Origin: Polyangiaceae bacterium
GTDB lineage: Bacteria; Myxococcota_A; Polyangia; Polyangiales; Polyangiaceae
Reading direction: 5' to 3'
DNA: 64,000 nucleotides
Assembly (NCBI GenBank): GCA_965222375.1
Contig: CBDCTZ010000015.1
Span: forward strand, 928,001-992,000
The position numbers and the translations under genes are program-made. Below the pieces are notes generated by a model. The model did not search any database. It saw nothing but the letters and a program-made list of their open reading frames with translations, and was not told the origin of the DNA. This document shows, in pieces, positions 27,374 to 37,543 of the stretch. Within the stretch, counting starts at the first letter, position 1; the number at the start of each line of letters is the position of its first letter.

Positions 27374-30300
27374 GAAGGCGAAACGCTACCTTTGTCCGCC
27401 GCGGGCTGCACGCTTTCTCTCGCAATTCCCGAGGCAGGTGCGACGCTGACAGCAGCCAGCTCTTCTTCGGTGATGTCTCCAACCAGCGTACGCACCACAC
27501 CTCGCACCGCGTATTTCTGGCGTAGGTCCGGGTCACGAATGAACGTCAGCAGGCTCTTCGCGTAGCTGGCGGAACGCTCGCGCATCTCCTCGGCCTGGGG
27601 GGACCCAGCGGTTTGCAGTGCGCTGAAGCAAAGTGCACGAGTCTCCAAGCCATACTCGGACCCCTGCACGGTCTCGATGGCGCCCATGGCAGTCGTCGCG
27701 AGTAGGATCCCGGTATGGGATTCGCCGATATCGACTCGCGCCGCAGCTTCTACCGCCATCGCATAGAAGTGGAACGCCACATAGGCCTGGGCCTCCGCGG
27801 CTTGCCTAGCATCGAAGGCATGCATCACCGCGGTGCTGGAATCGCCACTCTGGCGCGCCAGGAGCGCGCGCAAGATCTTCTCGTGCACGGAATCGTAGGC
27901 ACTGCCTGTTACCGCGGTCAGCGCTCCAGCGTCTCCCACGAGAGTATCGGCGGTCGCTACGTTGCCGGTTTCCAAGAGCACCTCTGCCGTGCACAACAGC
28001 GTATCCGCGCGCGCATCCTGGTCTCCGTAGCGTTCGTGTGCCTCCCGAGCGCGCGTCAGATACGCCAGGCCACGCTCCATGTCGCCCATCCTCGCGTAGC
28101 ACTGACCGATGTTCGAAAGGGTTTTGGCGATCTGGAACCGCCCGCCGATCGCCAGATCGATTCGGATCGCATCGAGAGCTAGAGCGATGGCGTCCTCGAA
28201 GCGGCCCAAGACGAATAGCGCAAAGGCGAGGGAGTTCTTGGCTCGCGCTTCCATGCGTCGTGCACCAACTTGGCGGAATACCGCAATCGCCTCGGCGTGG
28301 GCGTCTACGGCCTCGTGCACGCGACCGACGCGGCGCAGCAGCGTCCCACGCGTGCGTAAGACGTCCGCGCGAACCCGCGTGGGCACCTCCGGCGCGCCGC
28401 TGGCCTCCAAGGCGCGGTCGCAGGCAGCCAGAGCGCCCTGCATGTCGCCGAGATCTCTGAGCATTTCAGCGGTGAGCACGTCCGCCTGCACCTCCAGGTG
28501 CGCCGACTTCGCTTGACGGGCCACTTGCTCGGCGCGTTGGGCAGAGGTGAGGCCCCGCGCCAGGTGACCCTCGTCCAACTCCAAACGTGCAGTGTGCAGC
28601 AGCGCGATGGCAACCCATTCTGGGTTACCGGATTGCCGCGCGAGGCGGCGCAGCGCAACCAGGTGTCGACGGCGTTCGCGCCAACGCCCCTGGACGCGGC
28701 ACATGTTTTCCAGGGCGTCGTGGGCATCGAAAAGCCGTAGGTCTCCCGCATCCAGAAGCGCAATCGCGCGCCGATAGTATCGCGTAGAGAGCTTCGTTTG
28801 ATAGCTGGAACGGGCTGCACCTGCTGCGACGATGTAGAGCTCCGCTGCTTGCGAGCGCACATCTCCCCGCGCGAGATGACGAGCGACGATGGCAGCGGTC
28901 AAACCCCGGGCCAGAGGTGTAGTTGCGAGCCGTTCGCCGAGCTGACGATGCATCTGAGAGCGACGCCTCTTCTCGAGGGCGCGATAAGCGACGTCTCGAG
29001 CGAGAGGATGGCGCACGTCCACAGAGTCGTCGCGCATGTCACACAGGCCGCGGGCGCAGAGGCGGACGACTGAGTCCTCGGTGCCGTGACCACACAGCGC
29101 ATCCAGGTCGCTGTCGGAGAGTGGCCCACCCGCCACCGCCAACCACTCGATGACCGCTTGTTCCTCGGGTGGCAGCTCTGCCAAGCGGTCCGCAATCAAT
29201 TGCTCCAGCGTCGAGGGCAGCGCGTCCGCTACCTCCCCACCGGGGCGCTCGACGCGCACCAGTGCTTGACTGCCATCCTCCAGTTCCTGAAGTTCCAGGG
29301 CGCCACGCTCCAACAGCGCGTCCAGCATTTCGAGAAGGAAGAAGGGGTTGCCCGCGGCGCGAGGGATCAAGTCCGAGCAAACCTGCGCCACGCCAATGGT
29401 CGCCCCGATGTGTGCCGACGCCAGCTCCAACTGGTGCTCCGGAGACAGCCCCTTGAGCTCAATGTGCACCATGCCGTCGATGAACTGGGTAACGCGATCG
29501 TCGGGCCGGGTCACTAGCAGCGCAAGCACTGGCATGGGATCTTCACGGCGCACCAACTCGGAAACGAGTTCCAAACTCGCGCGGTCGCTCCACTGCAGGC
29601 CCTCGATCACGATGACCAGCGGTGCGTCCATGGCCACCTTCGCGAAGAACCTCCGCATTCCGGAGATGACGAGCTTGCGGTGTCGCGCCGCGTCTCCTTC
29701 ATCCGCCGCGTGCGCGACTCGCCCGGTCGCCACCTCTGCGAGGCGAACGACAATCTCCTCTCCACTCTCGCCGTGGGCAAAGTCTCCGAGCACGTCCACG
29801 ATCGTGTTACGTGCCTCTTGAACGCTGTCGTCCGCTCGGACCCCCGTCAGCTCGCGCACCCATTCCGCCACGTTGGCGAAGGGCAGCTCGCTGCGTGATG
29901 GCGAGCACTCCACCCGAAGCACGCGAGCTTCTTCAGGCAGCTCAGCCAGAAACGTCTGCACCAGCGCGCTCTTGCCGATGCCCATTTCTCCGTAGACCAC
30001 TCGCGAAGTGACGTGGCCAAGCCCGCCAACGGCCGGGCTCGAAACCGAGTGGTGATAGGCCGCCTGCAGGTCCGCCAGTTCGGCATCCCTGCCAACCAAC
30101 TCCCGACCCACCTCCGCGGCCACGTCTTTGCGTTCTTCTCGCGTCAGCGGGCGCATCAACGAGTAGATCCGCATGTTTTCCGGCAGACTTCGGGTGACGG
30201 CGTCGTCGATAGCAATGGCGGGAGCGTCGTCCCAAAGGAAGTCACGCCGAACGAGGCGATACAGGCCGCCCGCAACCCAAGTGACCGCCGCGGGCGCACG

Positions 30301-31851
30301 CTCCCCGAGCAGCGTCGCCAAGTAGTCTGCAGGCTGCTGCAACTCGTGATCGATCAGATGCCCAGCTTTGTCTCGTCGACCCGTGGCAATGCCGCGCACG
30401 ATGCCGACGCTGGCTTGCAGCGTGACCGGCAGGTCGTCACACGCTCCGTGAATCGCTTCGTGCACGTCCACCGCGAGCCACGCTGCATCCGCTGCAGCTC
30501 GCGCCGGGTTCTCCATGAGTCCAACGACAGCGCGTGCCGTCGTCGGTAGTTCGCTCTTGGCACCGACCTCGGATTGCTGCGCGGCCCAGGAAAGCCTGGC
30601 TCCTCGCTTGTATGCAATTTGGTCGAGCATGCCGGCCAGCTGCTCAACGTGGTGCTTCGCAGCCATATCACCCAAGCTTCGAGCCAGCGCTTCGACACCA
30701 TGCAGGCGAAGAGTGACAACGGCCACATGACGCACCTCTCGACCGGCGCGGTCTCGTAGCTTCTGCTCCATGGGCCGCCCCGGCCCGGTAGGTTCGTCGG
30801 AAACCTGGGAGCCAATCTGGGGCACCTCCGAGCCCGCGACGGACCCGCTGTCATCGCCGAATTGACTGCCGGCAACACTTTCCCCCATCTCGTCCACACC
30901 GGGCGAGGTGTGCTCACGGCTGACGAGCTGGCTCAGCACGCCTTCGACGACATGGGAATCTATGAGTTGTTGCTTTGAAAAAAGCGCGCGCGTGAGGGCT
31001 CCGGCGAACTCCCGCGCGGTCGCGAAGCGCTCGTCTGGCAATTTCGCCAAGGCTTGCATCACGATCACTTCGAGCTCCGGCGGGATTTCACGCGCGAAGG
31101 TGCTCGGCGGTTCCACCGCACCAGCGCGTACTGCCTCCAAGAGCTCGTTGCCATCCGCGGCGCCGTGCAACGGGCGGCCCGTCAGGAGTTCGTGAAAGAC
31201 AACGCCCAGAGAATAGAGGTCGGAACGGCGGTCGACCTTTTCGCCGCGCGCTTGCTCGGGTGACATGTAGGCAGTCTTGCCTTTGAGCACCCCCGGCTCT
31301 TCCCGAAACAGATTCGCAGAAGCGATTCCGAAGTCGGCGATCTTGACCGCACCTTCGAAAGAGAGCAGAACGTTCTGCGGGCTGACGTCACGATGCACAA
31401 TGTCGAGAGGTTCGCCTCCCTCATTTCGTCTTTCGTGGGCATAGTGCAACCCTTTGGCAACTTCCGCCACGACGTAGGCGGCAATCCACGGTGGAACCCG
31501 AGTCCGAGCATGGGCGGCTGCGCGCATGACCTTGCGAAGGTCTGGCCCCTCGACGTACTCCATGCTGAGCAGCTGCCCCTCGTCGCCATAGTCCTGGAAG
31601 TCGTAGACCTGGACGATGTTGGGGTGATTGAGCCGGGTTGCCAGCTGCGCCTCCTCTCCAAACATGGAGCGGAAGCGTCGAGACGAACCATAGGCGGGCA
31701 GAATCCGCTTGACGACGAGGAGCTTGTAGGTGCCCTCGGCTCCGCGCTTCTTCGCCAAGAAGACTTCCGCCATACCTCCGGCGCCCAAGCGCCGAATGAT
31801 TTCGAAGTCGGCGAGGCGCTCCGGTGTCTGGACAGCGGGCTCTTCGGGCAT
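27370..31851 (-). CDS. Ser/Thr kinase + degenerate cyclase-like domain + STAND/AAA ATPase + TPR protein
   Basis: GAGGMA, HRDVSPQN, DFG; LVGR..GEMGIGKS Walker A; IEGLQWSD; GNPFFLLE; TPR array. Confidence 0.93.
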   Translation of the reverse strand: MPEEPAVQTPERLADFEIIRRLGAGGMAEVFLAKKRGAEGTYKLLVVKRILPAYGSSRRFRSMFGEEAQLATRLNHPNIVQVYDFQDYGDEGQLLSMEYVEGPDLRKVMRAAAHARTRVPPWIAAYVVAEVAKGLHYAHERRNEGGEPLDIVHRDVSPQNVLLSFEGAVKIADFGIASANLFREEPGVLKGKTAYMSPEQARGEKVDRRSDLYSLGVVFHELLTGRPLHGAADGNELLEAVRAGAVEPPSTFAREIPPELEVIVMQALAKLPDERFATAREFAGALTRALFSKQQLIDSHVVEGVLSQLVSREHTSPGVDEMGESVAGSQFGDDSGSVAGSEVPQIGSQVSDEPTGPGRPMEQKLRDRAGREVRHVAVVTLRLHGVEALARSLGDMAAKHHVEQLAGMLDQIAYKRGARLSWAAQQSEVGAKSELPTTARAVVGLMENPARAAADAAWLAVDVHEAIHGACDDLPVTLQASVGIVRGIATGRRDKAGHLIDHELQQPADYLATLLGERAPAAVTWVAGGLYRLVRRDFLWDDAPAIAIDDAVTRSLPENMRIYSLMRPLTREERKDVAAEVGRELVGRDAELADLQAAYHHSVSSPAVGGLGHVTSRVVYGEMGIGKSALVQTFLAELPEEARVLRVECSPSRSELPFANVAEWVRELTGVRADDSVQEARNTIVDVLGDFAHGESGEEIVVRLAEVATGRVAHAADEGDAARHRKLVISGMRRFFAKVAMDAPLVIVIEGLQWSDRASLELVSELVRREDPMPVLALLVTRPDDRVTQFIDGMVHIELKGLSPEHQLELASAHIGATIGVAQVCSDLIPRAAGNPFFLLEMLDALLERGALELQELEDGSQALVRVERPGGEVADALPSTLEQLIADRLAELPPEEQAVIEWLAVAGGPLSDSDLDALCGHGTEDSVVRLCARGLCDMRDDSVDVRHPLARDVAYRALEKRRRSQMHRQLGERLATTPLARGLTAAIVARHLARGDVRSQAAELYIVAAGAARSSYQTKLSTRYYRRAIALLDAGDLRLFDAHDALENMCRVQGRWRERRRHLVALRRLARQSGNPEWVAIALLHTARLELDEGHLARGLTSAQRAEQVARQAKSAHLEVQADVLTAEMLRDLGDMQGALAACDRALEASGAPEVPTRVRADVLRTRGTLLRRVGRVHEAVDAHAEAIAVFRQVGARRMEARAKNSLAFALFVLGRFEDAIALALDAIRIDLAIGGRFQIAKTLSNIGQCYARMGDMERGLAYLTRAREAHERYGDQDARADTLLCTAEVLLETGNVATADTLVGDAGALTAVTGSAYDSVHEKILRALLARQSGDSSTAVMHAFDARQAAEAQAYVAFHFYAMAVEAAARVDIGESHTGILLATTAMGAIETVQGSEYGLETRALCFSALQTAGSPQAEEMRERSASYAKSLLTFIRDPDLRQKYAVRGVVRTLVGDITEEELAAVSVAPASGIARESVQPAADKGSVSPS

Positions 31852-32004
31852 CGACGGGTCGCGATCCTAGCCCCATTCTGGTCCGACTCCCGCCCAAGCG
31901 GCAAATACCGCAATTTTGCGACATTCTGGCGCTTGTGGCCCAGCATCGCCCCCGGCGAGGAGGGGGCTCGTGCACGCAGCCCTGGGCCAGGTAGACTCGC
32001 GGGC

Positions 32005-34221
32005 ATGTTCCGAATTCGCGCGGCTGTCGCAGCAACGCTGCTGGTCGCAGCACTTCCCGCCTGTGGCCCGGCCCATTCTGGACGCGCTGGCCGTGGCGTG
32101 GCCACGGGCCCCTTGGGCCCAGTCAATCCGACGCCTGTGAAGGACGCGGAGTTCGCGCAAAGCGCGTATCAAGTACTGTTGTCCGGAGAACGTGACACCA
32201 AACGTCTCGACCTGCTGGCCGGAGTCGTTCGCCGTCAGTACGCACGCGCCGCGCGTCGATTCAAAACGGATCCAAAGGCCGGCCTGGCGGCGCTCACGGG
32301 TGCCTCCTACTTGCTACGCGCCGGGGAGCTGCGCAAGGCCATGCTCAAAGGTGCAGCTCCAGCACTGCGTCGCGGCGCCAGCGAGGTTGCCAAGGTCGGC
32401 GACGAAGGCAGATCCCTAGCGTACTACACGATGCTCCGCTCTCAGCTCCCAAAGGGACCTGAGCGCACTGACGTGGACGGACACTTGGCAGCCATGGCCC
32501 GCTTCACCGCCATGCCGTCGACCGCGGGACCGATGCGATCCGCCGGGGACCGCCAACGCACGGCAACGAACCGCTCCCTCGTTGAGCCATCCCTCAAGAC
32601 CCTGAAGCTGGCAAAGACCGCGACCGTGGATTGGATCAAGGCGGGTCTGGACTTCAATGCCACAGAGACTCCGATTCGCACGAACGCGGAACGCGAAGAG
32701 GCGGTGGAAGCATATCGAGCCGTGCGCGCCGGCGGTGCGTCTCTAGTTGCATTGTACTTGAGACACGGTGACGCCCGAGGCGCCTTGGGCGCCTTGGAGC
32801 AAGGTGATCTGCTTCGGGTCGTGCCCGCCGGGCTGACGGACCGGCTTCAGCGCGCCGCCGAAGACGACGACCCGGCGGCCTGGGGCGACCTGTATCAGCT
32901 CTTCGAAAGCTCGAGTGCGGCGGCCCGGCCCGAAACGTCCATGGATGTCGGGTTGGGCAAGGCAGCCGCTTGGGGCGTGGCCGTCGAACTATTTCGAAGC
33001 GAGCCCAAGAGCATGCGGGGCGGCGCGCCGCTGGCGTCCCAACTCGTGGAGTTCGGGATGGCCGAGGTTGCGCCATTGGTGCTGGTACCGGCTCTGGGGG
33101 ATCGACCCGGCGTGCAAGAGCTCTCATGGTCCTTGGCTCTTGTCTTGCGGGCAATAGTGTCTGAAGACGAAACGGGAAACCTGGATGCTTCGCGCCGAAC
33201 ATTCACATCCGCGAAGCGGTTGCTGGAGTTGGCGGAAGGTCAGAACTACGCCGGCAAGCTACGTCCTTCTGCCGGCCGCCTCTACTACGTGATGGGCGCC
33301 CTCGAAACCCGTGCGGGTGAACTGTCTCGGGCACTGCCCCACGTACGCTCGGCGGTCCGCTTGGAACCCACCCTCGACGCCCTCGGCATGCTTGCGAACA
33401 TCGAGCGACAGCAGGGGGACACCCGTGGCGCCCTGAAGACCCTCGACAAGCTGGCCAACATGGCAAAGAAGACGGGAGCTCCGGTCGCGGAAGCCGAAGC
33501 CGCCCTGGCCAAGTTCGAGGTACATCGTGACACCAGGGACGCGGCCAAAGCGCAGGCGGCGCTGGTGGCGGCTCTCTCCGCAGCCATAGATGCCCGGGAA
33601 ATTGCACGTAGCGCCAGCAATGCGGCGCGAGCTGAGCGCGTCCTGGCGCGAACCCTCGAGCACTTCGGCGCCATGCAAGCCGCACGACGCGCAACGGAGC
33701 GCGCCTACGAGGCGGCTCGCAGCGACTTGCGTCAGTTGACCGCTACGGTTCTCGACGCCTCGAGGCGTGCACTCACCTTTGGCGATTTGCCCCTGGCGCG
33801 ACGGGCTGTGCGGCGTGCACTGGACGCTGGTCTGGATGACAACGACCTGGTCTACGTTGCATTGTGGTTACGCTTGGTCGAGCAGGCCAAGGGTGCCAGC
33901 GCAGACGGAACGGTGCAGGAGGCGCTGGCCAGCATCGACGACAACAACGGTTCTTGGGCAGCCCGACTCGCTGCCTGGGGCCGGGGCAAGATCGACGATG
34001 AGCAGCTGCGCAAGAGCGCAAAGACCCTGGTGCAGCGCACGGAGGCCGAGTTCTATGTGACCATGAGCAAGCGCAAGACAGCACCCAACATCGCTGGGCT
34101 CGAATCCATCGCAAAAAGCCGGGCCATCGAACTCGTGGAAGTCACGATCGCCCGCGACCTACTTGCGCGCCAGAAGTCGCCCTTGTCCCTGAAGCTGCCG
34201 GCAAACGTCAAAGTGCCCTGA
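32005..34221 (+). CDS. TPR-like helical lipoprotein
   Basis: MFRIRAAVAATLLVAALPAC lipobox; helical repeats; TAGACT 7 nt before the ATG. Confidence 0.8.
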   Translation: MFRIRAAVAATLLVAALPACGPAHSGRAGRGVATGPLGPVNPTPVKDAEFAQSAYQVLLSGERDTKRLDLLAGVVRRQYARAARRFKTDPKAGLAALTGASYLLRAGELRKAMLKGAAPALRRGASEVAKVGDEGRSLAYYTMLRSQLPKGPERTDVDGHLAAMARFTAMPSTAGPMRSAGDRQRTATNRSLVEPSLKTLKLAKTATVDWIKAGLDFNATETPIRTNAEREEAVEAYRAVRAGGASLVALYLRHGDARGALGALEQGDLLRVVPAGLTDRLQRAAEDDDPAAWGDLYQLFESSSAAARPETSMDVGLGKAAAWGVAVELFRSEPKSMRGGAPLASQLVEFGMAEVAPLVLVPALGDRPGVQELSWSLALVLRAIVSEDETGNLDASRRTFTSAKRLLELAEGQNYAGKLRPSAGRLYYVMGALETRAGELSRALPHVRSAVRLEPTLDALGMLANIERQQGDTRGALKTLDKLANMAKKTGAPVAEAEAALAKFEVHRDTRDAAKAQAALVAALSAAIDAREIARSASNAARAERVLARTLEHFGAMQAARRATERAYEAARSDLRQLTATVLDASRRALTFGDLPLARRAVRRALDAGLDDNDLVYVALWLRLVEQAKGASADGTVQEALASIDDNNGSWAARLAAWGRGKIDDEQLRKSAKTLVQRTEAEFYVTMSKRKTAPNIAGLESIAKSRAIELVEVTIARDLLARQKSPLSLKLPANVKVP

Positions 34222-34232
34222 ACAGCGTGCCG

Positions 34233-34643
34233 TCATTCGCCCTCGGGCTTGCGCCCTAGGAGCATCTCGGCGATGTGCTCACCCAATTCATCCACCATCA
34301 GGGCCTCGACGACCCTGACCTTGTCGCGCCGCTCGTCGTCGCTGTCGAATTGGAACTCGATGCCCATTCCGGCGGGATTCGCAGGCGTCGCCTCTTCTTC
34401 GGACGTGATCCACATCACTTTTCCCCGGAGGCGTAGGGCATCGTCGAGCTTCGGGATACCCAGCGCAAAAATGAACTCCGTCCCGAGGGGCAGAGGGCGC
34501 TCGGTGGTGATGAAAGTGCCGCCCCGCGAGATGTTGCGGGTGTAGTCCGCGAAGAAAGTGTTGAGGCGCTTGTACTCCACCTTCAGCTCGATCGGCGTTC
34601 GCGCTGCGGAACGTCGCTCCGAGGGAGGATCAGAAGCGCTCAT
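34233..34643 (-). CDS. PilZ-domain protein (myxobacterial TIGR02266 type)
   Basis: RRSAAR (RxxxR), NISRGG and GMGIEF motifs. Confidence 0.9.
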   Translation of the reverse strand: MSASDPPSERRSAARTPIELKVEYKRLNTFFADYTRNISRGGTFITTERPLPLGTEFIFALGIPKLDDALRLRGKVMWITSEEEATPANPAGMGIEFQFDSDDERRDKVRVVEALMVDELGEHIAEMLLGRKPEGE

Positions 34644-34723
34644 GACCGCAGCTTAGACGGGCCAGCGCTCAGCGGCCAAGCCGACAACCCCCAGGGGATT
34701 CCGGACCGTGCTATTTGCACGGA

Positions 34724-35812
34724 ATGCGCGATCCCTACCAGGTGCTGGGCCTCGACAAGAGTGCCTCCGAAGGGGACGTGCGGAGTGCCTTTCGCCGGCT
34801 GGCAGCGCAGCACCATCCGGATCGGAACCCGGACGACCCAGACGCAATCGCCCGTTTCAAAGAGGTCAATCAGGCGTACCAGATCCTGGAAGATCCCGAG
34901 AAACGTGCGGCCTGGGACCGCTACGGGGAGTCGGCCTTCCAACCCGGTGGCGTCCGGGCAGGGCAGGTCAACTTCGACGTCTCTTTCGATGGCATCTTTG
35001 GCGACATTCTCGGCGCCTTCGGATTCCGCACCGGGGAGCGAGGTGACATCAAGCAGTCCGTCAGCGTTTCCTTGGAGGAAGCCGCACGAGGGTGTGACAA
35101 GACCGTTCACTACGAGTGTACGGATGTGTGTTCTCGGTGCACCGGCAGTGGCGGTGAGCCCAAGACCGAAGTGTCGAGTTGCGGTGCCTGCGACGGGAGG
35201 GGGCGCGTACGCTTCCAGCAGGGGATGCTGCCCTTCGCCGTTGAACGCCCCTGCTCACGTTGCCGGGGACGGGGCCGCATCCCGACCACCCCATGCACGG
35301 AATGCAGAGGTTCCGGCCTGGTCAAGGCCAAGCGCAAAGCCGAGGTGAGCATCCCCCCCGGAGTGGACAGTGGTTCGAGTCGAGTTGTATCCGAGGCCGG
35401 CCATCGCACTCATCTGGATCGACCCGCCGGAGACTTGGAAGTGATCATTCAGGTCGAAAGCCATCCGTTCTTTCGCCGCTCAGGTGACGACGTCGTATGT
35501 GAGGTTCCCCTCACCTTCGCCCAAGCAGCCTTGGGCTCGGAGGTCGAGGTTCCGACCCTGGATGGCAAGGTCAAGATGCGGGTTCCGCCGGCAACTCAGC
35601 CGGGCAGTGTGCTTCGAGTCAAAGGCAAGGGCATGCCGCGGCGAATCCGCGGGGGTCGCGGGGACCAACTCGTGGAGGCGACCCTGGAGGTGCCAACGCA
35701 TCTTTCCGACCGCGCGCGAGAATTGATTGAAGAACTCGCGACGGAACTCGGCGAAGAGGTGCAACCTCAACAGCAGACCTTCGTGGAGAAATTGAAGTCG
35801 TGGTTCGGGTGA
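34724..35812 (+). CDS. dnaJ: Chaperone DnaJ
   Basis: J-domain HPD, four CxxCxGxG repeats, C-terminal domain. Confidence 0.96.
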   Translation: MRDPYQVLGLDKSASEGDVRSAFRRLAAQHHPDRNPDDPDAIARFKEVNQAYQILEDPEKRAAWDRYGESAFQPGGVRAGQVNFDVSFDGIFGDILGAFGFRTGERGDIKQSVSVSLEEAARGCDKTVHYECTDVCSRCTGSGGEPKTEVSSCGACDGRGRVRFQQGMLPFAVERPCSRCRGRGRIPTTPCTECRGSGLVKAKRKAEVSIPPGVDSGSSRVVSEAGHRTHLDRPAGDLEVIIQVESHPFFRRSGDDVVCEVPLTFAQAALGSEVEVPTLDGKVKMRVPPATQPGSVLRVKGKGMPRRIRGGRGDQLVEATLEVPTHLSDRARELIEELATELGEEVQPQQQTFVEKLKSWFG

Positions 35813-35850
35813 CGCGCTTTGGTTCGACGCCCGACGAGACCGAGCACACA

Positions 35851-36537
35851 ATGCAAGCGATTACCTTCGACTTTGGCCAGACACTGGCAGAGCTCGACTG
35901 CGAGCTGTTGGCGCATCGCGCGGCCGAACGCGCCTTGCCGGTGTCGGCTGAAGCGCTGCAAACCCAGGTGGCAACGGCTTGGAGCGCCTACGGCCGGGCA
36001 AAAAGGGGTGGCGCAGAAGGGCGCGAGGCCTGGTGCACGTTCATGCGCACCCTGCTCGGGCGCGCACTGGATTCGAAGCACTCGCAGGCGCAGCTCGAGG
36101 ACGTAGTGCAGTGGCTGTGGGGCGAGCAGCCACACTTCAATCTCTGGCGCAAACCCATCCCAGGCATGTTCGAGTTAGTGGAGGAGCTCGTCGCAGAGGG
36201 ACACCGCGTGGGAATCGTATCCAACTCCGAGGGCCGCCTGGCAGAACTGGTTCAGGAGATGGGCAAGGCAGATTTGTTCTTGGACATCACCGACTCGGGC
36301 AGGTTGGGCATCGAAAAGCCGAACCCGGCGATCTTTGAACACGCCGCACGTCAGCTCGGGGTCCGAATCAGCGCGATCACCCACGTCGGCGACGCCTGGG
36401 AAGCGGATGTTCGTGGTGCGCTTCGGGCGGGTTGCCGCGCCATCTACTTTTCGCCGGAACCGGGGCCCGAAGATCACCCTTCGGTGGTGCGCGCCTTTGG
36501 GTCGGAAGAGGTTCGGCGCGTTCTAACAGCACCGTGA
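35851..36537 (+). CDS. HAD-superfamily hydrolase
   Basis: FDFGQTL, IVSN, EKPNPAIF and HVGDAWEADV motifs. Confidence 0.9.
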   Translation: MQAITFDFGQTLAELDCELLAHRAAERALPVSAEALQTQVATAWSAYGRAKRGGAEGREAWCTFMRTLLGRALDSKHSQAQLEDVVQWLWGEQPHFNLWRKPIPGMFELVEELVAEGHRVGIVSNSEGRLAELVQEMGKADLFLDITDSGRLGIEKPNPAIFEHAARQLGVRISAITHVGDAWEADVRGALRAGCRAIYFSPEPGPEDHPSVVRAFGSEEVRRVLTAP

Positions 36538-36590
36538 TACTCTGCGCGACCGAAGTGGGCGAGTTGCGCTGACGAAAGTGGACCAAGAAA

Positions 36591-37424
36591 ATGAATACAC
36601 GACGCATCGCGATGCTGGGTGCGGGCAACATGGCCGCGGCCCTAGTCCGAGGTTTGTTGGCCTCGGGGGACGTCAAGCCCACGCAGATCCGCGCCAGCGA
36701 TGTCCGGCAAGATCGCCTCGACGAGCTCGCCGCGGAGCACGGCATCGAGGTGACCATCAACAACCTCGAGCTCCTCGACTGGACGGACCTCTTGGTCCTG
36801 GCGGTCAAGCCCCAGGTCGTGGATCGCGTACTGGACGAAGTTGGTTCGCGGGTGAAGGCCGAGACCTTGGTGGTGAGCATCGCCGCCGGAGTCCCGATCA
36901 AGAGCATCGAATCCCGGCTCCATTCCGGCGTACGCGTCGTACGCGCCATGCCAAATACCGCAGCCATCGTCGAGGCGGGCGCAACGGGCATCGCGCCGGG
37001 CGCCCATGCCACCGAGGAAGACGTCAAGGTAGCGCGAGCTCTCTTCGATGCCGTTGGGCGCACGGTCGTGCTGGACGAGACCTTAATCGACGCCGTAACC
37101 GGGCTCTCGGGGAGCGGTCCCGCATACATCATGCTGATGATCGAGGCGTTGGCAGACGGGGGCGTGAAAGTCGGGCTGCATCGGGACACAGCACTGACCT
37201 TGGCCGCGCAAACCGTATACGGATCTGCAAAGCTGTTGTTGGAAACCGGAGAACACCCCGGTCGCCTCAAAGACATGGTCACCAGCCCGGGCGGCACCGC
37301 CATCGCCGGCCTGCACACCCTCGAGTCTGGCGGGCTGCGCAGAACGTTGATCGACGCCGTGGAATCCGCGACGGAGCGAGCAGTGGAGCTCGGCGACGCC
37401 ATGGCGAAAAAGCTGGAGCGCTAG
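36591..37424 (+). CDS. proC: Pyrroline-5-carboxylate reductase
   Basis: GAGNMA, AVKPQ, RAMPNT, SGSGPAY and VTSPGGT motifs. Confidence 0.97.
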   Translation: MNTRRIAMLGAGNMAAALVRGLLASGDVKPTQIRASDVRQDRLDELAAEHGIEVTINNLELLDWTDLLVLAVKPQVVDRVLDEVGSRVKAETLVVSIAAGVPIKSIESRLHSGVRVVRAMPNTAAIVEAGATGIAPGAHATEEDVKVARALFDAVGRTVVLDETLIDAVTGLSGSGPAYIMLMIEALADGGVKVGLHRDTALTLAAQTVYGSAKLLLETGEHPGRLKDMVTSPGGTAIAGLHTLESGGLRRTLIDAVESATERAVELGDAMAKKLER

Positions 37425-37454
37425 TGCATCGATTCGATGAATCGATGCACTAGC
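37420..37454. repeat. Perfect 16-bp inverted repeat (hairpin) at the proC stop
   Basis: GCTAGTGCATCGATTC-GAT-GAATCGATGCACTAGC. Confidence 0.9.
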
Positions 37455-37543
37455 CCCAGTCGCCGGGAGCACAGCTCCCGCCCCGCTGAAGTGAATTATG
37501 CGCTTCGTAATACCCGACGGGGTGCAGCGCGCCCCCACCCAAA

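Noticed and set aside
31393..32004. N-terminal extension of the 942-aa ORF
   Set aside because: Overlaps the kinase gene on the opposite strand; the lipobox and -10 box indicate a start at 32005
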